From Felis catus (lineage: Eukaryota), in the NCBI RefSeq assembly GCF_018350175.1, contig NC_058368.1, positions 108,130,001 to 108,194,000 of the forward strand: DNA of 64,000 nt, in the 5' to 3' direction. Under the pieces are notes generated by a model, which did not search any database, had not been told where the DNA came from, and was given only the letters and a program-made list of their open reading frames with translations. Shown piece after piece: positions 13,039 to 25,677 of this stretch. A program made the position numbers and the translations under genes. Position 1 is the first letter of the stretch; every line of letters starts with the position of its first letter.

Positions 13039-13954
13039 GTCGCTACCCTTTTTCATATGTCGGAATGAGGAGTGAAGGAGTGCTTGGAAAAAGGTTTTAA
13101 GTGTAAGAATTCTTGTATTAACGTTCGTGTTGATTTTTGTTTCATGAATGTGCACATCCTTGTAATATGTATTGGCATATTTCATGCTTTGGAAATCAGT
13201 CCTAATCTTACCAAGTAGTTGCTCGGGACTAAAAGTAGTTTTTAAATCTCATAAAGAGTCCTTTAAGAGTTGTATGGTTTAAATAACTTTTTCTTTATCA
13301 CAGCTGTATTCATTACCTTTGGTAGAGTAGAAAGCTGGTTTCTTACCTTATTTTTATTGTTTTTGATTTTGTCTTTTTCTTTGTTGTATTAGTGCTTGCT
13401 CACAAGCTCCTGTACTCTTTCTTCTTAAGTAAGCTAAGTAGCCATTTCTCTTAACTTGTAGTGCTACTTCCTGGTTGGTGCATATAATCCTGAAGACATT
13501 TCTCATGTGGTAAAGAAGAATAAAAGGCATTGTGCTTGATGTGGCCTTTTCTACTGAGAAATGATGTGTTTGTTGTCTGAAGTGGAGACTGGCAGTGAGT
13601 TCCTCAAAAAATGTTTTTCAATCAGTGATCACAAGTTTGTAAATGCTGGAAGGTTCAGTGAATCTTGATACAAATTGAAGAATATATAGAATTCTGTACA
13701 TTTTACTGTTTAAGAAATAGGTATTGTTTTAGATTTCCATCTCACAGTGAATTTGTAGTCTCCCATTTTTGTATTTGTGAATAAATACCTTGTTTTTCTA
13801 AAAATGATACACACTAAAGCTCAAATTAGTCACATATTAAATGGCAGTACTGGTGTTGAAAATCTTGTCTCATTTCCAGAGTCAGTGACTTGGGAAGCAT
13901 TGTAAAGTGGCAGAAAGAATATGGACTTTGGAATTAGGCACATCTTAGGGTTCT

Positions 13955-13977
13955 TTTTGTTGGTTTTATTTTTTTTT

Positions 13978-14018
<41 letters not shown>

Positions 14019-14183
14019 ATGAGCCAGGGATGGGCAGAGCAAGAGGGAAAGAGAGAATCCCAAGCGGGCCTCACACTGTCAGCACGAAGCCTGATGCGGG
14101 GCTTTAACCCATGAACTTTGAGATCATGACCTGAGCCATAATAGCGGCAGACACTTAACCCGACTAAGCCACCCAGGTGCCCC
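13955..14183 (-). mobile_element. CanSINE inserted in a MIR
   Basis: SINE with (GA)n; flanks 13890-13950 and 14185-14350 are MIR-like. Confidence 0.88.
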
Positions 14184-14374
14184 AAGCACACTTTAGTTTG
14201 ATCCATAACTTTGCCACATATTTGCTGCATGGTCAGCCCTCAGTCTTCGTGACTTTAATTTTCTTTTTTTATTAAGTGAGGGTAATAGGTGCGGTAGAAT
14301 TAAATGAGGTACATATTAAGTACTTGGCTTATAGAAAGTTAATAAATATTTCATTTCTGCTATTTATATTATTT

Positions 14375-14583
14375 TTTTTAGGTGTATTTTTATTTTAGTT
14401 TTTGAGAGAGAGCACACACACACAAGTTGGGGAGGGGCATAGAGAGTGGGAGAAAGAGTCGCAAGCAGGCTTCATGCTATTAGTACATAACCCAATGTGG
14501 GACTCAACCCATCAATTGTGAGAACATGACCAGAGCTGAAATAAGAGTTGGATGCTCAACCAACTGAGCTACCCAGGCACCCC
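14375..14583 (-). mobile_element. CanSINE
   Basis: Consensus-like head and tail. Confidence 0.88.
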
Positions 14584-15219
14584 TATTTTAAAACATCTCT
14601 GGAGTCAGTTGGACATTTCACTTAAAAGTGAATTGCAGTCAGGAAACTGGAAATTCGTGTAACCCAGGTGGATTCAGTGTAGTGTCCTTATAATCTGCTT
14701 ATTTAAGGAGGAGAGTGCTTCCTGTGACTGTTTTTAAAAAGTATTTTGACTTCAAGGAAAGTTTTAAAGTTAAAGCCAAAGTAGAACAGAGTTAGGACAA
14801 GTTCATTATTGCTGACCAAAATGGTTAATAACTAATTTCTTTGTTTCTTGAGAAATTGAAGCATTTGTGTATAGTGTAACAATTGTGTGCATAAAGATGT
14901 CTATTTTAAAGGTTGAGAACTGACCCTTTGCAAAGGAAAAAAATGACTAAAATATGGGAAAATGTGTTTTATAAGTTTGTCTTACCAGATTTAAGATTTA
15001 AGAAATGGTTCCAATTGACCTGAATACAGTGAAACAGGTACCAAATACATTGCTGGAGGGAGTGTAGAACGTTGTTTGTTTGTTTCATAAGCAGTTTGGA
15101 ATATATAAAAGAGTAGTATTTTTGTCTCTGAGACTATATCCTAAGGAAATAATCCTCATCCTTTCTTGAGGGAGGAGGTTGTTTTCTTTTTTTTTAATGG
15201 TACCTTTCTTGAGGTAATT

Positions 15220-16075
15220 TATGTGATGTTATTTACAATAAATAATCTTTTGGGTCTTTCCTGTTTTTGGTGCAGAACTCCTAAAACCCTTGGGATTTAT
15301 TTATTTATTTTTCAATATATGAAATTTATTGTCAAATTGGTTTCCATACAACACCCAGTGCTCATCCCAAAAGGTGCCCTCCTCAATACCCATCACCCAC
15401 CCTCCCCTCCCTCCCACCCCCTTGGGATTTATTAAGTGAAGAGAGCCTTAAAGGTGTCTTTTGTAACATTAATGAGGTAACTTTTTGGAAGCACTAAAGG
15501 ATGGCAGCTGATTGCCAGGAGAACCCACCCCTCTGACCTAGAGAGGGCCAGGGGCTGCAGGCTTAGTCACCAATGGCCAGTGATTTAATCAGTCATGACT
15601 GTGTAATAAAGCCTCTTCATAAAACCACGAAGGATGAAGTTAAGATAGCTTCTTGGTTGGTGAACACGTCAAGGTGCTGGGAGGAGTGACATACTCAGAT
15701 TATGGAAGCTATGTGCCCTTTTCCTATCCCTGTTCATCTCTTCCATTTGACTGTTCCAGAATTATATATATCCTTTCATAATAAACTGGTAATCTCCTAA
15801 CTAAAATGTTTTTTAGACTTGTGTGAGCTGTTGTAGCATATTAATTACACCTGAGGAGGGTGTCCTGGGACCTTCAGAAGCACAGATGACAGTCTGGACT
15901 AATGATTGGTTTCTGAAGGGCGGGGCAGTCTTGTAGGAATGAGCCCCTTAGCCTATGGGATCTAATGCTGTCTCTAGGTATAGTGTTAGAATTGAGTTGA
16001 GTTATAGGACACCCAGTTGGTGTTGGAGAATAGCTTGGTGTTGGTGTGTTTTGTACCTCGGAATTGGTGTCAGGA
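15220..16075 (+). mobile_element. MER21C-like solo LTR
   Basis: CAGAACTCCTAAAACCCTTGG and TCACCAATGGCCAGTGATTTAATCAGTCATG motifs. Confidence 0.8.
15302..15418 (-). mobile_element. Young, extremely 5'-truncated felid L1 3' end
   Basis: CAATATATGAAATTTATTGTCAAATTGGTTTCCATACAACACCCAGTGC matches the cat L1 3'UTR; perfect TSD CCCTTGGGATTTATT at 15287-15301 and 15419-15433. Confidence 0.9.
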
Positions 16076-16089
16076 TTGTAATTCAAATA

Positions 16090-16665
16090 TCGTGATTCAC
16101 CCTTTAAAGTATGTATAAGTCAGTGTTGCACAACCATCAGCACTATCTAATTTTAGAATATTTTCATCATCTCCAAAAAGAATTAGCCGTCATTCCCCAT
16201 TCCTCCATTTCTCGCAGCTCTTGGCAACTAGTAATCTGTTCTTTGTCTCTCTGGTTTTGCCTCCTTTGGACATTTTATATAAATGGGACCATACAGTATT
16301 GTGTGTTTTTGTGAGTGGCTTTTCCACTTAGCAGATGTTTCAAGGTTCTTCAGTGTTGTAGATGTATCAGCACTTGATTCTTTGTTATGGGTGAATATAA
16401 GTTGTATGGACATACCACATATTATTTATTCATCAGTTAATAGATATTTGAGTTGTTCCCACATTTTGGCTATTATGAATGCTGCTATGAATATTCATAT
16501 GCAACTTTATGTAGATGTATGTTTTAATTTATCATAGGTATGGAGCAGAATTACTGGGTCATAGGGTAACTTTATGTTTAACATTTTGAGGAATTACTAG
16601 ACTGCACCATTTCTTTTTATAGCTGAATAATATTTTATGGGTATATAACATTTTTTGTTTATCCT
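16090..16665 (-). mobile_element. Old L1 (L1MB-type) 3' fragment
   Basis: TTTTGGCTATTATGAATGCTGCTATGAATATTCAT and similar L1M 3' motifs. Confidence 0.85.
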
Positions 16666-16681
16666 TAAAAGAAGCTTTCTG

Positions 16682-16800
16682 TGGCACCTGGCTGGTTCAG
16701 TCACTGGAGCCTACAACTCCTGATCTCAGGGTCATAAGTTTGGGCCCCATGTTGGGTGTAGAGGTTACTTAAAAATAAACTCTGAAAGAAAAAAAAAAAG
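16682..16800 (+). mobile_element. Short old CanSINE
   Basis: GGCACCTGGCTGGTTCAG head; TSD-like AAGCTTTCT. Confidence 0.82.
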
Positions 16801-17089
16801 CTTTCTATCCAGAAATATTCAGCGAAGCATTATTTATATGAAAGAACAATTGAAAATTACTTATATTTTCAATGAAGGGGAATGGTTACATTAGGCACAT
16901 CTGCCTGTACCATCCATTAACAATTATGGAGTGTTTCAAGGGAAAATGATTGCCCATGTGCTAAACTAAGATATTAAGTTGTACGTGTATACTTGTTAAT
17001 CAGTGCATGTAGTAGTGGGGGATGGGGATTATCAAAATTTTTAAACATTTCTGGATTTTCCATACAATTCGCAATAAGCACATACTTCT

Positions 17090-17290
17090 TAAAAAAAAAA
17101 TTAATGTTTATTTATTTTGAAAGAGAGCAAGTCAGAGGGGGCCAGAGAGAGGAGAGAGAGAATCCCCAGCACACTGTGCTGTCAGTGCAGAGATCAATCA
17201 ACGTGGAGCTCGATCCCACCAACCTTGAGATCATGACCTGAGCTGAAACCAGGAATTGGGTGCTTAACTGACTGAGCCACCCAGGCACCC
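17090..17290 (-). mobile_element. CanSINE
   Basis: Consensus-like. Confidence 0.88.
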
Positions 17291-17342
17291 CAGCATATAT
17301 TTCTTTGATAATCAGAGTGAAAGAAATGTTTTTAATATAAAA

Positions 17343-17551
17343 TTTTTTAACATTTATTTATTTTTGAGAGAGAGAGAGAGAGAGAGAATGGGGGGGGGGG
17401 GGGCAGAGAGAGGGAGACACAGAATCCGAAGCAGGCTCCAGACTCTGAGCTGTCAGCACAGAGCCTGACGCGGGGCTCGAACTCGGAGAATGTGAGATCA
17501 TGACCTGAGCTGAAGTTAGACGCTCAGCTGACTGAGCCACCCAGGCGCCCC
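17343..17551 (-). mobile_element. CanSINE
   Basis: Near-consensus SINEC_Fc. Confidence 0.93.
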
Positions 17552-17580
17552 AAGAACGTTTTTAAAAAATGAACATAGCT

Positions 17581-17805
17581 GGGCGCCTGGGTGGCTCAGT
17601 CGGTTAAGTGGCCGACTTCAGCTCAGGTCATGATCTCGCTGTCTGAGGGTTTGAGCCCCACGTCGGCCTCTGTGCTGACAGCTCAGAGCCTGGAGCCTGC
17701 TTCTGTTTCTGTGTCTCCCTCTCTCTCTGCCCCTCAACTATTGGCGCTTTGTCTCTCTCTGCCTTTCAAAAATGAATAAATGTTAAAAAAAGAAATTAAA
17801 AAAAA
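17581..17805 (+). mobile_element. CanSINE
   Basis: Near-consensus; TSD AAAAATGA(A/C)CATAGCT. Confidence 0.93.
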
Positions 17806-18946
17806 TGACCATAGCTATAGCTTTGTATGTTACTGATAAATTTATTTAGCCAAGAAAAGATAATTCAGTGTTATTATTTTTTCTTTTTTTAATTTAAATT
17901 TTAGTTAACAGTGCAATATTGGTTTCATTAAGTGTTGCTCTTATGTTGCTCTAATTGTCATAGTCATTTCATACTACTGCTAAGAGAACTTTTAATTCTT
18001 CATTTTCACCTCAAATTTTCACTTCATAATTGTAGTACAGAATAACACTAATTCTTGTGTATTTGACTTCTACATTGGGGAGAGGGAGAATAAATACAGC
18101 CAATGCACAGTTTGAACTTATATCTGTGAGCATTCTTTGCAAGATACAAACAGTATTTTAGGATTCTCAGGTGGAAAGTTATTTTATACAGAGAATTTGA
18201 TACTTAAAAAAAAATCATTGGTTGGTTTCGAAGAGTCGGAGTCAGAGGACCATCACTGGATTATATTTTTAAGAACATAAAACCATAGCTGAAAGGTCAG
18301 GAAGATAAAACCAGGGATCCGTCATAGGAATGCTGAATCTGTGATGTGACTGCTTCTTGATATCCTTGCATCTGGTGAGTAAAGTTACTGTAACTGTTTC
18401 TCATCATTGATTCTGTTGTGTCATTGTTTACCACTTAAATTAACATTAGAAGGATAGCTTCCAAATTTTCTTTACTTCACTTTTGCTTTCCAGGTCTCAC
18501 AATGAGGCTTTACTGGTAGAACCTGATTCCGAATGCTAACTGTTAGGTGAAATCTGGGAAATTTAGTTTTCTGGTTTTATTTTCTTTTAGCTTTCCTGTG
18601 ACTGAGGTTCAGTAAGGCATATAGAAGGAGTGGTAGGAAAGAATGAATGCCAAGCACTACTTGAATAACCACCTGTCTAACATTCAGCACAAGCTTTCAT
18701 ATTTGTTAGGTGACAAGGCTTTAGGTGTAGTGTATTTTGAAGGTGGTGGGATGAAAAAATACAACTTAGACTTGATTTATTCAGAAAATTTTCCTGTAAT
18801 GTGAGCCATTGCTTTTCTGTTAATTTCATAAAACAGCATGTCAATTCTAATATTTCCAATTGGAAATAAACTAGTGTTTGTAAAAACTTTTATAGTGTTT
18901 ACCTCTGGGTTGAGTAGGTGAAATATTTTCAAAGAATATAATTGTA

Positions 18947-19172
18947 GGGGCGCCTGGGTGGCTCAGTCGGTTAAGCGTCCGACTTCGGCTCAGGTCGCGA
19001 TCTCGCAGTCCGCAAGTTCGAGCCCCATGTTGGGCTCTGGGCCGATGGTTGAGACCCTGGAGCCTGCTTCCGATTCTGTGTCTCCCTCTCTCTCTGCCCT
19101 TCCCCCGTTCATGCTGTGTGTCTCTCTGTCTCAAAAATAAATAAACATTAAAAAAAAAATTAAAAAAAAATA
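18947..19172 (+). mobile_element. Young SINEC_Fc
   Basis: CpG-rich; TSD AATATAATTGTA. Confidence 0.95.
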
Positions 19173-19253
19173 TAATTGTAAAATCTCATGTTTACTCCTC
19201 ACTGCTGGTTTTTCATAGGATTGAGTTAACGTGTAATTTAAACATCTTTTTAA

Positions 19254-19463
19254 GTTTTTTTCTTTTTTTAATGTTAATTTATTTTTGAGAGAGAGCTAGC
19301 AGGGGAGGGGCAGAGAGAGAGGGAGACACAGAATTCGAAGGAGGCTCCAGGCCCCAAGCTGTCAGCACAGAGCCCAACGCAGGGCTGCTTGAACTTGCAG
19401 GCCGTGAGATTGTGACCTGAGCCGAGGTCGGATGCTCAGCCGACTAAGCTGCCCAGGCACCCC
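19254..19463 (-). mobile_element. CanSINE
   Basis: TSD TAAACATCTTTTTAA. Confidence 0.92.
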
Positions 19464-20542
19464 TAAACATCTTTTTAAAAAATCATTTATGCTACCTCAG
19501 TTGTTTGTTAACAAGGAGAAGGTGTGGTAATCTGTAAAAAGAATGTGTCAGATAGTAAAAATAGCTTTTCTTCTTATAATGTAGAATGAAAACATGTAAA
19601 CTTTTTTGATACTGAGTTTTTTAAAGAAATTTTTATTTGCTCATAAAATTTTGAGAGTATTACAGGTTAGTATGCTTTTCTATCAGAAAGTATTTATACC
19701 TACTGTATTTTGTGAGATACCAAACTGTTGAGTAGTTTCGGTATGGTGAACATGTCATTAAATAGTCTTTTGCTAAATACCTGTCAAATGCTATCACTTA
19801 GGTTCTTCACTGTTAAGTATTTGAGAGCATGGCATCTATTCTTTGCAAGAGAAAGTATTAAGTTGACCTGGAAACCTAATTCTGCTTTAGGAATCCCTGT
19901 TGACTGCTTGCAAGGAGCATGAGATTAGGTTTTGGTACAAGCATTTTTTCCTCCCAGTTACTTTCCAAATTTATTTTTAAAGAGCTGATAGTGTTCTGTT
20001 GCTATTCTAGTTAGTTCTACAGTACTGTTATTCTCTGCAAGTTGTTACCTTTAAACTTTTTTGTATATGTTGACCCTAAAAGTTTTTTGAAAGCTTTTGT
20101 ACTTCCTCATATATTTTAGAACTGACATTAAAACTTAAGTTTACCAAATTGTCAAAGATGTAATTTTTGGAGTATTGTATGTTGCCTATGTTTTTAAAGA
20201 ATAAGCTGCCAAACATCTTGACCCTGTGGGTTCTTCTTACTTACTTTAATGGAAAATATTGCTATATAACTTATTAGTCCTCACTGTCAAACCAGCCAGG
20301 CTGTGTTTGTTTTCTTGTCAAAGTGGCCTGACTTTTTCAATGCTAATAGAAATGGTAACACCTGCTCTGAACAACCACTGCATGACTACTTTCACTTGCA
20401 AATTGTAATACTAACATAGACTGACTGATTAGGCAAGGAATCTTGACCATGAGTTTCTTTCAGTATTTCTTGCTTTGCTGACCTGAGACTTTCCCAGTTA
20501 CGCCTTTGGTGCCCTGGAGACTTGAAAATCAGTACCATCTTC

Positions 20543-20792
20543 TGACGCTCGGTGACTCATTTGATTGAGAGTCTGTCTTCAGCTTGGGTCACAATCTCTC
20601 AGTTGGTGGGTTCGAGCGCCACGTCAGGCTCACTGCTCTCAGTGTGGGGCCCACTTCAGATCCTCTGTCCTCCTCTCTCTGCCCCTCCCCTGCTCACTCT
20701 CTCTCTCGTTTATTTAAGTAATCCGTATACCCAACATGGGGCTCAAGATCAAGAGTCACAGGCTCTTCTGACTGAGCTGGCTAGGCTCCCCC
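20543..20792. mobile_element. Two CanSINEs tail-to-tail (+ then short -)
   Basis: Degenerate heads at both ends. Confidence 0.75.
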
Positions 20793-20794
20793 TT

Positions 20795-20955
20795 AATATG
20801 TCTTACTGTACTGCACTCATCCTTCTTCTTGTGATGTTGTGAGATGAAAAAATACCTCCATGGTGAGATGAACTGAGGTGACTGATACAGGTCTTGTGAT
20901 GTAACCTTAGGTTACTCTTGACCTTCTGACCATGCTTCATGAGGAGGATCATGAG
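20795..20955. mobile_element. Tigger2/MER28-like DNA transposon fragment
   Basis: CCTTCTTCTTGTGATGTTGTGAGATG...TTGACCTTCTGAC...GAGGAGGATCAT. Confidence 0.7.
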
Positions 20956-21182
20956 GTTGCTGGTGGGTAACAAATCAGGAATAAGGGGGAAGACTACTAT
21001 ACTTACTAAAAAAGTAAATTTTAAAATTACTGTTTTATGGCCATAACTTTTTTAAAAATACAGATTCTTATCTGTTTCAGAAATAAAGTTTTAAAAATAA
21101 ATGTAAAAGGTCAAGATTCTTGTTTACATCTAAGTTTTCTTGCAGATTTAATATATTTTCCCTTTTAAGCTTAGAGAAACCT

Positions 21183-21403
21183 GGGGTGCCTGGGTGGCTC
21201 AGTTGGTTAAGCGTCCGACTTCGGCTCAGGTCACGATCTCGCGGTCCGTGAGTTCGAGCCCCACGTTGGGCTCTGCGCTGATGGCTCAGAGCCTGGAGCC
21301 TGCTTCCGATTCTGTGTCTCCCTCTCTCTCTGCCCCTCCCCCGTTCATGCTCTGTCTCTCTCTGTCTCAAAAATAAATAAAAAACATTAAAAAAAATTTT
21401 TTT
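21183..21403 (+). mobile_element. Young SINEC_Fc
   Basis: TSD TTTTAAGCTTAGAGAAACC. Confidence 0.95.
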
Positions 21404-21595
21404 AAGCTTAGAGAAACCCTTCAAAATGCTGTTGTAACAAACATGACCCAGTACCCATGAACCTTCCTAAGGATTCCTTTGCTAAGTTTGGGGGTTATTT
21501 GCCTCTTGGTAACAGACAGGGTTGTACATACACAGGAGTGGGTGGAATTGAAGTTGTTAGGGAACCAGTCTGTTGTGTTCTTTTGGAATAAAGTA

Positions 21596-22030
21596 CAGAT
21601 CTTCCTTGACTTCCTTTGGATGGGGTTATATCGTAAGTTTAAAGTATCCAGAGTCTAAAAGGCATTTAATACACCTAACATACCAAAAACATCATCACTT
21701 AGCCTGCCTTACCTTAAATGTGATCAGAATGCTTGCATTAGCCTACAGTTGGGCAAAAAGGTCTAACACAAACCCTGTTTTATAATAAACTGTGGAATGT
21801 GTCATGTAATATATTGAATGCTGTAAGTGAAAAACAGAATGGTTGTAAGTATATCTGTCATTTACCCCCAAGATAGCATGGCTGATGGGACCTGTGGCTC
21901 ACTGCTGCTGTGAAAATCACAAGAAAGTATTATACCCCATTATTACTAGTCCAAGTACGGTTTCTCCTGAATGTATATAACTTTCTCCCCATGGTAAAGT
22001 AAAAAAAAAAAATTTAGCTCAGGAAGTCTG
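21596..22030. mobile_element. MER47 (Tigger5-derived) DNA transposon
   Basis: TA|CAGAT...GTCTG|TA termini; CATTAGCCTACAGTTGGGCAAAA internal motif. Confidence 0.88.
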
Positions 22031-22774
22031 TATTGATTACTAATCTGGTTTATGATGGAGATCTTCATACTGAATAATAGTATATATACTTGTTAATTTT
22101 GAGTATTGAATTGTTGAACATAGAGTTCTTTTTACAGTTTATTATATAGATTTGTTAAGTTTTAATATAAAAATGAGTGAGAACTTACATTTCTTTATTT
22201 TCTTATAAAGTATATCCTCCCTTCTCTCCCAGTGAGTAATTTGTCAGTGACCACTTTTAGGCCAGAGTGTGCCAGGGCCTGACTGAAATGCATACTGAGT
22301 GCTCTGCAAGAGAATGATGCAGTTTACCACATCTGAAGACCTTAGGAAGGCAGTTGGTATAAATTAAAAATGTATTGACTTTCTGAAAATAAGTTGTGAT
22401 TTCAGCACCCTCTGCATTTACCAGAAATAATACCACACTGAGTCACTCTTGGGATTGAAAATGCACAGCTGGTAGAAGAAATTGCATGTTAATGACAGTG
22501 TCAGTGCAGGAGGGCCACTGCATACTAAGATGCAGAGACTCATCCTTTAATTGAGTAATATTCAGTAAAATCAGGAAGCATTATCCTTGGGCAAATAAGC
22601 TGAAATAAATGGAGACGTTCCTGGGTTCACAGAGTGTATCAAATCTGGATCAAATTAAAATGTCATAATCTTGTTTGCCATAATATAGCACATTAATACA
22701 GGGCAATTAATAAAGGGCAATTATTGATCAGTTTGGAAACTATGCTTTATTTTGCCTTAAATGTAAGATATGTT

Positions 22775-22970
22775 GGGGTGCCCGAGTGGCTAAGTCAGGC
22801 ATCTGACTCTTGATTTTGGCTCAGGTTAGAATCTCACAGTTCATAAGATTGAACCCTGCGTTGGGGGCAGTGGGGCAGTGCAGAGGTTGCTTGGGATTCT
22901 GTCTCCCCTTCTCTTTCTGCCCTTCCCCCTGCTCTTGTGCGCGCACACACACACACTCTCTTTCTCAAAC
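22775..22970 (+). mobile_element. CanSINE
   Basis: Head, body and CT/CA tract. Confidence 0.85.
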
Positions 22971-23049
22971 TTTTTTTTTGTGAAGGGAATATATGTTGTA
23001 CCTTTTAGATATGTAGGTTTTTCTTTTGTGGGAGTAAGTAAAAAATAGA

Positions 23050-23335
23050 GTTATTCAATAAATACTTACTGAGCACTAGCTGTGTTGTAGGGACTCAGGT
23101 AGCAGGAGTTCAGTTGCAAACTAAAGAGAAAAAAATCTGTGTCTTCTTAGAGCCTCCTTTCTAGTTGGTGAAGACAGGCAATGAATGAGTAAAATACATA
23201 GAATGCCAGGTAACTTCAAGTGTCCTGGGGAGAAATAAAGCATTGGAGCAAGGTGGGGACTGTCAAGGTAAGGACGAGGAGATTGCAGTCATAAACAGGA
23301 TGGCAAAGAAAGGGCTCAACAAAAAGACAATAAAA
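23050..23335 (-). mobile_element. L2 3' fragment
   Basis: TTCAATAAATACTTACTGAGCACTAGCTGTG. Confidence 0.7.
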
Positions 23336-23699
23336 GGACAGCTGTTACAGTATCGTTTATGATAAAGGTAAACATTGGCAGCACTCTAAATATTCATCTA
23401 CAGAGGATTGGTCAGGTATATTATGATACATTTATATAGTGGAATGCTGTACAGCAAATAAAAATAGAAGTCCTGCCTATACAGAATCCTCTCCTAAGGT
23501 ACAAGAATAAAAATTAGATATGAAATGGTAAATGGAATATGTTACCATTATGTCTACCACAAAAATTATATATACACACATATAATTTTATAAATGCATA
23601 AAATATCATTGGAAAGATACGTAAGAAAATGTTAATAGTGCTTGTCTTGGGAGTGGAGAACAGGGTGATTGATAGATAGGAGAGGGTGAAATAGTTCAA

Positions 23700-24155
23700 A
23701 TCCCACCTGAGTGTCCATCAACAGATGAATGGATAAAGGAGATGTGGTATATAGACACAATGGAATATTATTCAGCCACAAAAAAGAATGAAATCTTGTC
23801 ATTTGCATTGACATGGGTAGATCTAGAGAGTATAATGCTAAGTGGAACAAGTCAGTCAAAGACAAATACCATATGATTTCACTCATGTAGAATTTAAGAA
23901 AAACAAATGAGGCAAACCAAAAAACAAAAACAAAAAGATCCTTGACTACAGAGACCAAACTGATGGTTATCAGAGGAAACTTGGTGGAGGGGGATGTATG
24001 AAATCAGTGACGGAAATTAAGAGGACAGTTTTCGTGCTGAGCACTGAACAGTGTAGAGAATTGTGAAATCACTGTATTGTACACATAAAACTAATGTAAC
24101 ACTGTATGTTAACTTTACTGGATTTAAAATTAAAAAATGTTAAAAAAATGAAAAA
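23700..24155 (+). mobile_element. Carnivore L1 3' end (sense orientation)
   Basis: GTGTCCATCAACAGATGAATGGATAAAG...AACTAATGTAACACTGTATGTTAAC plus A tail. Confidence 0.9.
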
Positions 24156-24529
24156 CGTCGAGTTCATTAAAAAAAGTTCACTTCCCATTTACTTTGTATA
24201 TATACTACTTAGTCAAAATGAGTAAATAAATAAGATGTAAAGTATGAACGTGAAGACTTCCCAGTTAGAGAGTGATGGAAAACACACATATTTATAACAC
24301 CTAATGGCCTTTGTATGAGTCTAGCCTAGATAGTGAATAAAAAATCTACAGTTAATAGAAACATGGACTCAGTTCTTTTAGCTGGAGACCTTGTTGTTGA
24401 CAGTCACAGTTCCAAAGCAAGGCCAACGTTCTGTTTTCATTGGGTAATGGATTGCAGTGGTCATGATGGTAACATTTAGATTCACATGATGTGATCATTT
24501 TTCACTTTTCTAATCAAATAAGTGAAAGC

Positions 24530-24980
24530 TGTATTTGTTTCCTACGGCTGCCACAGTAAGATACCATCAGCTGAAATTTGCTGTCTCATGGTTCTGGAAG
24601 CTAGAAACCCAAAATTAAGGTGTCATCAGGACTACACTCCCTGAAACCTGTAGGGGAATCCTTCCTTGTCTCTTCCTAGCTTCTGGTGGTTTATCAGCAC
24701 TCTTTGGCATTCTTAGGCTTGCAGCTGTGTGACTCTAGTCTCTGCCTTATTGTATGGCATTCTCCCTGTTTGTGTCTTCACCTGGCTGGCATCTTTTAAG
24801 GACACTGATCATAGTGGTTTCGGGACCCACCCTACTACAGTATGACTTCATTTTAACTAATTCCATCTGCAATAGTCCTGTTTCCAAATAAGGTCATATT
24901 CAGAGTTATTGGGGTTAGGACTTCAGTATGTATTTTGTGGGGTATAATAGGGGAAAATGGACACAAGTCAACCCAAAATG
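24530..24980 (-). mobile_element. MLT1 (MLT1B/C-like) MaLR solo LTR
   Basis: TGTATTTGTTTCCTA...TTTCCAAATAAGGTCATATTC...GGGGTTAGGACTTCA. Confidence 0.88.
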
Positions 24981-25643
24981 GAGGCTTGTTGCTTTCCTGG
25001 TATAGCCTTTCATATATACAAAAGTGTTTTGGAAAGTTGTATGGAAAGGTAAATAATGTTTTACAAATTTAGTTTATTTTTAAAGACTCGTAATATTTGT
25101 AATATTAATTTTAATAGGAAAGTGTTTCCTATAAGGAGAAAAGATTCATCTCTGAATAAAATCAAACTTAAGAATGCAGCCTGTTTATTAAAAGTAATGT
25201 TTTAATGAAAATAGAGTATTTTTTTTCTCAGTGTTGTAAAATAAAAGTGGAGGTTGTAAATAGTGAGAGTTGACAATGAGTTCCTAATTGGGACAATTTT
25301 TTTGCTTTTTAATAAAGTCTTACCATGAAGATAAATACATGCTTTTTTTCACTTTTGTTCTCACCCATGCAAAAATGGCCTGTTTCCAGATCAGTTTCAT
25401 CTAAAGATAAAATCAAATATGGCAGCAGAGAGCACATAGCCTTTAGTTAGCTCCATTCTTCTCAATTTTTCTTTTGTACCTTGGCCATCATAATTCTACA
25501 AAACATTAGGAAAACTTTAAAAGTTTTTTTTTGCCTTTCTCTGTTCGTCAGGTATAAATCAGAAGCCAAATATTTGTTAGTCTACAAAATCTTTTTAAAA
25601 GTGATTACATCCTAAATAAGCCTTCTTGTTATTTTTTATCCTT

Positions 25644-25677
25644 TGCAATCAGATGTTCTGCCCTTGAGCTATACCCC
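25644..25677 (-). pseudogene. tRNA-Cys(GCA) 5'-half retropseudogene
   Basis: Minus strand GGGGTATAGCTCAAGGGCAGAACATCTGATTGCA resembles tRNA-Cys GGGGGTATAGCTCAGGGGTAGAGCATTTGACTGCA and ends at the anticodon; degenerate ~17-bp flanking repeat TGTTATTTTTTATCCTT / TGTATCTTTTTATTCTT. Confidence 0.78.

Noticed and set aside
20200..20530. Possible hAT/Charlie transposase fragment
   Set aside because: Only a vague resemblance; no TIRs or convincing translated motif.
11958..21376. Recurrent ~60-aa MAQSVKRPTSAQV ORFs resembling a gene family or array
   Set aside because: Translations of dispersed CanSINE copies; not genes and not a CRISPR-like array.
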